A model generated the notes under the pieces. It made no database searches, was not told the DNA's origin, and saw only the letters and a program-made list of their open reading frames with translations. A DNA stretch of 64,000 nt from Opitutales bacterium (GTDB taxonomy: Bacteria; Verrucomicrobiota; Verrucomicrobiia; Opitutales; UBA2987): NCBI GenBank assembly GCA_965226885.1, contig CBDDEL010000015.1:512001-576000 (forward strand), read 5' to 3'. The translations under genes were made by a program, and so were the position numbers. Positions 56,846 to 64,000 of the stretch are shown here, in pieces; positions within the stretch are counted from its first letter, which is position 1; each line of letters starts with the position of its first letter.

Positions 56846-58463
56846 CACCTACATTACCTGAGCTTGAGCGTTATGCAGATGCGCGCTAAATGCAGATGCG
56901 CGCTAAAGTTAACAAGTGAAACTAATCAGTCAATACGGTAGTGATATGCCTTGCAGTAGAATGGAAAACAACTTATGCAACTAAAAGCGCGTTTAATAGG
57001 ATTGGATAAATTCTTGAGCCAGCGAATATACACTCATATATATCACCGGCGTCACAAAGATCAAGCTAACCCGGATATTTCGTAAAAAAAGTATCGTTGA
57101 TATGCTTAACTGCTGATATACAGCAGGATAGATCAATAATTAAAGCAATATCAGCGATGACAAAAGGTAAACAATTAAAGCTACAGTTGACAAGGGTAAA
57201 AGGCCGCCGTGTGCGGGTTGATTTCAAGGGCGGAGAGGTTACTTCGGATGCCGGACTGCTTTTGATCCGGGAAGTGGATCGGCAGTTGGGCTTGACCGAA
57301 CGAGCGGCCCGACAGTTAGTGGACAAACGGCAGAAGGGCAAAGTACGCCATGAGTGGGGATGCTGCGGCAGCGCGTTTACGGGCTGGTGGCGGGCTATGA
57401 GGATTTGAACGACTTTGATACCCTGCGCCACGAGCCATTGTTGCAAACGGTAACGGGGCGCATTGAAACGTTGGCCAGCGCGCCGACTTTGTGTCGTTTT
57501 GAAAACGGGCAGGATCGGCGGGCGGCCTTTGCGGTAAACGAGCTGTTGGTCGAACAGTTCATGGGCTCCTTTGCCGAGGAACCCGAAGAGATCATCCTGG
57601 ACTTTGACGCCACCGACAATCCGGTGCACGGGCTCCAGGAGGGACGTTTTTTCCACGGTTATTATGATCATTACTGTTTTCTGCCGCTATATGTTTTTTG
57701 CGGTGATCAGCTGCTGGTGGCCTACCTGCGGCCGAGCAAGATCGATGCCAGCAAGCATGCCGGGGCCATCCTCAAATTGCTGGTTAAACGGATTCGCCAA
57801 AGCTGGCCCCGTACGCGGATTATTTGGCGCGCCGACAGTGGATTTTGTCGAGACCGGATACTCTCTTGGTGCGACCGCTACGAAGTTAGTTACATCGTGG
57901 GGATGGCTCGCAATGCACGCTTGCAGCAAGACGCCCAGCAGTTGCAAAAGCAGGCCAAAGAATGGTTCGAACTAAGGGGTAAAAAACAACGGTTATTCCA
58001 GGACTTCGTCTATGCTGCCGATTCGTGGCGATGGCTGCGGTTGGTCATCCATAAAGCCGAACACACCGCACAGGGGTCCAACCCGCGCTTCGTGGTGACG
58101 AACCTGCCGGGCGATCCCCAGGAGCTTTACGACAAGGTATACTGTGGCCGCGGTGAAATGGAGAACCGAATCAAGGAACAGATGCAATTGTTCAGCGAGC
58201 GCACCAGCGCCCATCAATGGTGGGCCAATCAGTGGCGATTGCTCTTGTCGGCGCTGGCCTACACCTTGATGGAAGCCATGCGCCGGTTAGCCTTAAAAGG
58301 GACGAAGTGGGCGCGGGCCCAATGCCACACCCTGCGGCTCAAATTAATCAAGATCGGAGCGGTCATCGTGCGCAACACCCGAACGATTCACTTTCACCTA
58401 AGTGAGAGTTATCCTTGGGCCAGTCTTTTCAACCATGCGGCCCGCCGATTGGTGCCAACCTAA

Positions 58464-60030
58464 CCCGGATATTTCGTAAAAAAAGTATCGTTGATATGCT
58501 TAACTGCTGATATACAGCAGGATAGATCAATAATTAAAGCAATATCAGCGATGACAAAAGGTAAACAATTAAAGCTACAGTTGACAAGGGTAAAAGGCCG
58601 CCGTGTGCGGGTTGATTTCAAGGGCGGAGAGGTTACTTCGGATGCCGGACTGCTTTTGATCCGGGAAGTGGATCGGCAGTTGGGCTTGACCGAACGAGCG
58701 GCCCGACAGTTAGTGGACAAACGGCAGAAGGGCAAAGTACGCCATGAGGTATTGGGGATGCTGCGGCAGCGCGTTTACGGGCTGGTGGCGGGCTATGAGG
58801 ATTTGAACGACTTTGATACCCTGCGCCACGATCCATTGTTGCAAACGGTAACGGGGCGCATTGAAACGTTGGCCAGCGCGCCGACTTTGTGTCGTTTTGA
58901 AAACGGGCAGGATCGGCGGGCGGCCTTTGCAGTAAACGAGCTGTTGGTCGAACAGTTCATGGGCTCCTTTGCCGAGGAACCCGAAGAGATCATCCTGGAC
59001 TTTGACGCCACCGACACTCCGGTGCACGGGCTCCAGGAGGGACGTTTTTTCCACGGTTATTATGATCATTACTGTTTTCTGCCGCTATATGTTTTTTGCG
59101 GTGATCAGCTGCTGGTGGCCTACCTGCGGCCGAGCAAGATCGATGCCAGCAAGCATGCCGGGGCCATCCTCAAATTGCTGGTTAAACGGATTCGCCAAAG
59201 CTGGCCCCGTACGCGGATTATTTGGCGCGCCGACAGTGGATTTTGTCGAGACCGGATACCCTCTTGGTGCGACCGCAACGAAGTTAGTTACATCGTGGGG
59301 ATGGCTCGCAATGCACGCTTGCAGCAAGACGCCCAGCAGTTGCAAAAGCAGGCCAAAGAATGGTTCGAACTAAGGGGCAAAAAACAACGGTTATTCCAGG
59401 ACTTCGTCTATGCTGCCGATTCGTGGCGATGGCTGCGGTTGGTCATCCATAAAGCCGAACACACCGCACAGGGGTCCAACCCGCGCTTCGTGGTGACGAA
59501 CCTGCCGGGCGATCCCCAGGAGCTTTACGACAAGGTATACTGTGGCCGCGGTGAAATGGAGAACCGAATCAAGGAACAGATGCAATTGTTCAGCGAGCGC
59601 ACCAGCGCCCATCAATGGTGGGCCAATCAGTGGCGATTGCTCTTGTCGGCGCTGGCCTACACCTTGATGGAAGCCATGCGCCGGTTAGCCTTAAAAGGGA
59701 CGAAGTGGGCGCGGGCCCAATGCCACACCCTGCGGCTCAAATTAATCAAGATCGGAGCGGTCATCGTGCGCAACACCCGAACGATTCACTTTCACCTAAG
59801 TGAGAGTTATCCTTGGGCCAGTCTTTTCAACCATGCGGCCCGCCGATTGGTGCCAACCTAAAGGGTGCATTGGTGCTGCCCCCGGCACTACCGAACCAAT
59901 GGGGGAAAGGGGGCAGTGTCTCTACACCCTGAAAAACACCTAAAAATCAAGACGATCTGCTCAAAATACAAAGAAATCCATCTCCAATAGCAATAACGAG
60001 CCAAACCTTACCCTTCATGAAATATCCGGG
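58464..60030 (+). mobile_element. IS1380-family copy H (1567 bp), transposase 58551-59861
   Basis: Inserted at the ACC-TAA stop of G; followed by CTAA at 60031-34. Confidence 0.95.
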
Positions 60031-60034
60031 CTAA

Positions 60035-60271
60035 GTGAGAGTTATCCTTGGGCCAGTCTTTTCAACCATGCGGCCCGCCGATTGGTGCCAACCTAAAGGG
60101 TGCATTGGTGCTGCCCCCGGCACTACCGAACCAATGGGGGAAAGGGGGCAGTGTCTCTGCACCCTGAAAAACACCTAAAAATCAAGACGATCTGCTCAAA
60201 ATACAAAGAAATCCATCTCCATCTCCAATAGCAATAACGAGCCAAACTTTACCCTTCATGAAATATCCGGG
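60035..60271 (+). mobile_element. IS1380 right-end fragment starting at the internal CACCTAAGT site
   Basis: GTGAGAGTTATCC... through the right TIR, then CTAA at 60272-75. Confidence 0.9.
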
Positions 60272-60520
60272 CTAAAGGGTGCATTGGTGCTGCCCCCGGC
60301 ACTACCGAACCAATGGGGGAAAGGGGGCAGTGTCTCTACACCCTGAAAAACACCTAAAAATCAAGACGATCTGCTCAAAATACAAAGAAATCCATCTCCA
60401 TCTCCAATAGCAATAACGAGCCAAACTTTACCCTTCATGAAATATCCGGGCTAAGAAGCCGAGCGCGAATTGTGCAAGGCCGCCAGGTGGATGGAGGGAA
60501 TTAGCCCATTTGCCCAGAGT

Positions 60521-60724
60521 TTGGAGAAATGTACAGATGCTCTGCTGGTGGACCGCGGAGGGATTTCAACGCACCGAAAGAAGCTTTCGGTTAATCCGCG
60601 GATACCGAATTCTCAGTAAATTAAAAGACGCTCTTCAAAAGCATTTGAATGAATCCCCTCTTTAAAAGTGCTGCCTGACCACCGTGGGGGACCTCCCAAT
60701 TTCAACAAAAAATGGGACAAACCC
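60521..60724 (+). mobile_element. IS256-like transposase C-terminal remnant and right end
   Basis: WRNVQMLCWWTAEGFQRTERSFRLIRGYRILSKLKDAL*; end AATTTCAACAAAAAATGGGACAAACCC. Confidence 0.55.
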
Positions 60725-60848
60725 ATTCAACCAGTTAAAATATGACAATGAATTACTGGACGCAATGCGGGTGTAACCAGGGTGTAACCAATTGGAGAGG
60801 CTTGTTGATCAAAAAATTATAAATTACACAACATGTTGATATTCAACA

Positions 60849-60933
60849 TGGTGCCCGAGGGGGGACTCGAACCCCCACGCCTTTCGGCACCAGATCCTAA
60901 ATCTGGCGTGTCTGCCAATTCCACCACCCGGGC
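60849..60933 (-). tRNA. tRNA-Leu(TAG)
   Basis: GCCCGGGTGGTGGAATTGGCAGACACG-CCAGA-TTTAGGA-TCTGG, variable arm, CCA end. Confidence 0.95.
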
Positions 60934-61189
60934 TTTGGCTTCATTCCATAGTGTATCAAGGATGGAAATAAATTTTACAAATAGGGGGTTTTTGTGGTTT
61001 TTTTTAGCAGCTTAGTCAAGGGAAAGCCAAAACGGGTCCGGTCTATAGGGGTTGTGGCAATTGTTATGAAAAAAATGCGTATTTACTTTTTTTATGAGTT
61101 TTTAAAGAAAATGGCCAAGCCCGATTCCTTTCATTCCTCTTTTTTGCATTTACTCCGGCCTTTTCATGGCTTCCATTGTCTTTATGAAA

Positions 61190-62572
61190 ATGAAAAGAAC
61201 TATGGTTAAGGAGGCCCTTGGGCGAGATTCACCCATGGATTCGATTCTGGTCAAGGGTTGGGTGCGGACGCGGCGCGATTCGAAGGCTTTTTCTTTTGTC
61301 GAGGTCAATGACGGTTCCTGCCTGAAGAATATCCAGATCATTGTCGATGCGGCGCTGCCCATTTATGAAAAGATCGAAAGTGTCACAACGGGCGCCGCCG
61401 TCAGCGTGACCGGCAGGCTGACGGCATCGCAGGGCAAGGGCCAGAGTTGGGAGATTCAGGCTACGGACATGGAGGTATTGGGAACCGCCGATGTCACTTA
61501 TCCGCTACAGAAAAAAGGCCACAGCATGGAATACCTGAGGGAGATCTCCCACCTGCGGCCACGCTCCAACCTCTTCGGGTGCGTTTTCCGGGTGCGCAGC
61601 AGGCTGGCTTTTGCAGTCCATCAATTTTTCCAGAAGAAGGATTTTATTTATGTCCACACACCCATCATTACGGCCAATGATTGCGAGGGCGCAGGCCAGC
61701 TTTTCCGGGTCAGCAGCCTTGATCCGAAAAATCCTCCCCTCGATAATGGGGAAGTCGATTTTTCCAAAGATTTTTTTGCCCGGCCTACTTATCTGACGGT
61801 CAGCGGACAGCTTGAGGCGGAAATCATGGCCACCGCTCTTTCCAATGTTTACACCTTCGGCCCGACTTTTCGGGCGGAGAACTCGAACACCTCCCGCCAC
61901 GCCAGCGAGTTCTGGATGATCGAGCCGGAAATGGCCTTCTGCGATCTCGAAGGCAATATGGATCTGGCCGAAGAATTGGTTAAATACCTCATACGCGATA
62001 TCCTGGGAAATTGCCGGGAGGACCTCTCCCTCTTCGCCCGCTTCGTGGACAAAAGTTTGTTGAACCGGCTTCAATTTGTGGTGGACCGGCCTTTTAAACG
62101 AGTCGCTTACGACCGTGCGATCGAGCTTTTGCAGCAATCGGGCAAGAAATTCGAATATCCGGTGGATTACGGCGCCAACCTGCAATCGGAGCATGAGCGC
62201 TACCTGACGGAAGATCATTTTAAACGCCCGGTCACGGTTTATAATTTCCCCAAAGAGATCAAGCCCTTCTACATGAGAGCCAACAACGACGGCAAAACGG
62301 TTGCCGCGATGGACCTTCTGGTGCCGAATATAGGAGAAATCGTGGGCGGCAGCCAACGCGAGGAACGGCTCGATGTTTTAGCGCAAAGCCTGCAAAAGCA
62401 CGGGCTCGACGCGAAAGAATACTGGTGGTACCTCGAATTGCGCCAATACGGCACTGTCGAGCACAGCGGATTCGGCCTCGGTTTCGAGCGGATGCTCATG
62501 TTTGTCACCGGCATGGCCAATATCCGCGATGTCATTCCCTTTGCCCGAACCCCCGGAAATGCCGGGTTCTAG
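61190..62572 (+). CDS. asnS: Asparagine--tRNA ligase
   Basis: YLTVSGQL, GPTFRAENSNTSRH, LQSEHERYL, GGSQRE, GFGLGFER. Confidence 0.97.
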   Translation: MKRTMVKEALGRDSPMDSILVKGWVRTRRDSKAFSFVEVNDGSCLKNIQIIVDAALPIYEKIESVTTGAAVSVTGRLTASQGKGQSWEIQATDMEVLGTADVTYPLQKKGHSMEYLREISHLRPRSNLFGCVFRVRSRLAFAVHQFFQKKDFIYVHTPIITANDCEGAGQLFRVSSLDPKNPPLDNGEVDFSKDFFARPTYLTVSGQLEAEIMATALSNVYTFGPTFRAENSNTSRHASEFWMIEPEMAFCDLEGNMDLAEELVKYLIRDILGNCREDLSLFARFVDKSLLNRLQFVVDRPFKRVAYDRAIELLQQSGKKFEYPVDYGANLQSEHERYLTEDHFKRPVTVYNFPKEIKPFYMRANNDGKTVAAMDLLVPNIGEIVGGSQREERLDVLAQSLQKHGLDAKEYWWYLELRQYGTVEHSGFGLGFERMLMFVTGMANIRDVIPFARTPGNAGF

Positions 62573-62689
62573 GCCGGGATCTATTCGGTCCGGGAAAAAG
62601 GCTTTTATAGTGGAACCGGCGGAGGGGGTGGCGGGTCTTTCTCACCAATCAGGCCGCATTTATATGCAACCTATGATGGCCAACAGGTG

Positions 62690-62731
62690 TTATTAATATA
62701 TTGTCCTAAATTATTAATATATTGTCCTAAA
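62690..62731. repeat. Perfect 21-bp tandem duplication
   Basis: TTATTAATATATTGTCCTAAA x2. Confidence 0.95.
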
Positions 62732-62849
62732 GTGTCCAATTGGATTAAAAAGTGTAGAAAATCGGAAGGTGAAGAATTCCCGATCCGGTGGGTTTTGGCC
62801 AATATCCTAGTTTTAATATCAAAAAGAGTGTGCAACCTGGCATCAAACT

Positions 62850-64000
62850 ATGAATAATCAGGACAAGCAGCAGAAGCCGGGAGATGGCAAAAAACGCCGC
62901 ATTATCAATTGGAATCCCGAAGAGGACGAGGCAAGGCAAACCAAAGCGGAATCCCAAAACCGCGGCCTCATGTTTTTTTTGCCGGTATTTGCCGGGTTGT
63001 TGATTTTCGGCGTTCTGACCATTGCCGGTCTGAAATTTTTCACCAAGGGCCCACAGGAAGCGCCCGCCGGGAGCGGATCGGTCGATCCAGCGGCGGCCAA
63101 CACGGCAAATGGCGTGCAACAGAGATTTGTCAGCCCGCAGAGCGTGCAGAGGGAGATGGACCGGTTGAGGCTGGAAATCAGCGCCATCCGCAAAGTAACG
63201 GACGATCATCCGACCTTGATTAGAAACCTCGTGGCCATGGAAACCGCATTCGACATGGGGAACAAGAATTTTATGGCCGGCCAATATCGAGAGGCTATGG
63301 GATTGATGGAAGAGGTGGCGGCATTGATAACGGATCAGAGGGCCCTCATCACTCTGCAAATTGAAGCCAAGAACATCCACGACAATTTTCTCAATCTGAT
63401 CGAGGCGAGTGAATCCGGCCGCTCCCTGGCCCCGTTTGAATATGAGAAAGCCTCCACGATCGGCAGCGAAGCGGAGATCCAACTGTCCAACGGCGCTTTT
63501 TCCGAAGCCATCCTGTCCTTCAAAGCGGCTTTGAATTCGATTGGGGAAATGGACGACATTTTCAATACTCAACTTGCGGAAATGGAGTTGAGCAGCAAAA
63601 AGGCTTTGCAGAAGGGGGACAAAGAGGCCGCCCGTGAATATTTTCAGAAGATTCTGGAGATGCAGCCGGATAATGAATTGGCCCGGAGGAACATCAAACG
63701 CGCCGCCACTGTCGACCGTGTTCTACCCCTTTTGCGGGAAGCCAAAGAGAATGAAAAGAAGAAGCAATTTGAGGAGGCCCTGACGGCCTATGAGCGAGCC
63801 TTCCAACTCGACGCTTTTTCCGCCAAGGCCCAGCAGGGAAAATCGCGAGTGTCGAAAATTATCCGGGACAATCGGCTGGCCTACCTGCGGGCCACTACGA
63901 AGAAAGCGGAAGAAGAGAAAGACTGGGATGCCGCCATCGAGAATTACGAGGCCGCGGTAGAGGAATTTCCCGAAATCACTGAGTTTTCCGATGCCTTGGA
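62850..64000 (+). CDS. Membrane-anchored TPR-like protein, runs off the window end
   Basis: MNNQDKQQKPGDGKKRRIINWNPEE, a TM segment, then TPR-like helices (AAREYFQKILEMQPDNELA). Confidence 0.75.
   Translation, partial: MNNQDKQQKPGDGKKRRIINWNPEEDEARQTKAESQNRGLMFFLPVFAGLLIFGVLTIAGLKFFTKGPQEAPAGSGSVDPAAANTANGVQQRFVSPQSVQREMDRLRLEISAIRKVTDDHPTLIRNLVAMETAFDMGNKNFMAGQYREAMGLMEEVAALITDQRALITLQIEAKNIHDNFLNLIEASESGRSLAPFEYEKASTIGSEAEIQLSNGAFSEAILSFKAALNSIGEMDDIFNTQLAEMELSSKKALQKGDKEAAREYFQKILEMQPDNELARRNIKRAATVDRVLPLLREAKENEKKKQFEEALTAYERAFQLDAFSAKAQQGKSRVSKIIRDNRLAYLRATTKKAEEEKDWDAAIENYEAAVEEFPEITEFSDAL

Larger units (their letters stand above)
57070..60450 (+). mobile_element. IS1380-family copy G (transposase frameshifted by 4-bp deletion near 57354) carrying nested copies
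   Basis: CTAA TSD at 57066-69 and 60451-54; body 57070-58463, tail 60276-60450. Confidence 0.92.

Noticed and set aside
59862..60454. Three near-identical ~170-bp units resembling a repeat or CRISPR array
   Set aside because: They are IS1380 right ends left by nesting; there are no unique spacers and no cas genes.
60833..61015. 60-aa ORF
   Set aside because: Antisense translation of tRNA-Leu.

Overview
Bacterial chromosomal window, probably Verrucomicrobiota/Opitutae (inferred from gene context, not verified). A housekeeping backbone is present: thiolase, acyl-CoA synthetase, a PTS-EIIA/diadenylate-cyclase fusion, nuoA, dnaG-rpoD, tatA, ligA, dnaA with a candidate oriC, lptC/A/B-hprK, HIT-phoH-7TM-HD-ybeY, a recO-like gene, a nuclease-DinG helicase, asd and asnS. 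The backbone shows clear recent erosion. (1) An IS1380-family element occurs as 7 full-length copies (1567 bp; one diverged isoform of 1573 bp) plus 2 right-end fragments, in three nested/tandem clusters. Every junction is CTAG or CTAA, and several insertions hit stop codons exactly, including that of its own transposase. (2) IS1, IS630, IS5/ISNCY-like and IS256 elements or remnants fill a ~19 kb decayed island between convergent tRNA-Val and tRNA-Leu genes. (3) About ten pseudogenes can be reconstructed, including hprK (two nonsense codons), HIT, MlrC, a cupin, a tRNA-Arg and two IS-split genes. The most unusual signal is a set of perfect two-copy tandem duplications with almost no microhomology, whose unit lengths cluster at 10-11, 20-21 and 31 bp (helical-turn multiples). 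No CRISPR array or intact integrase is visible.
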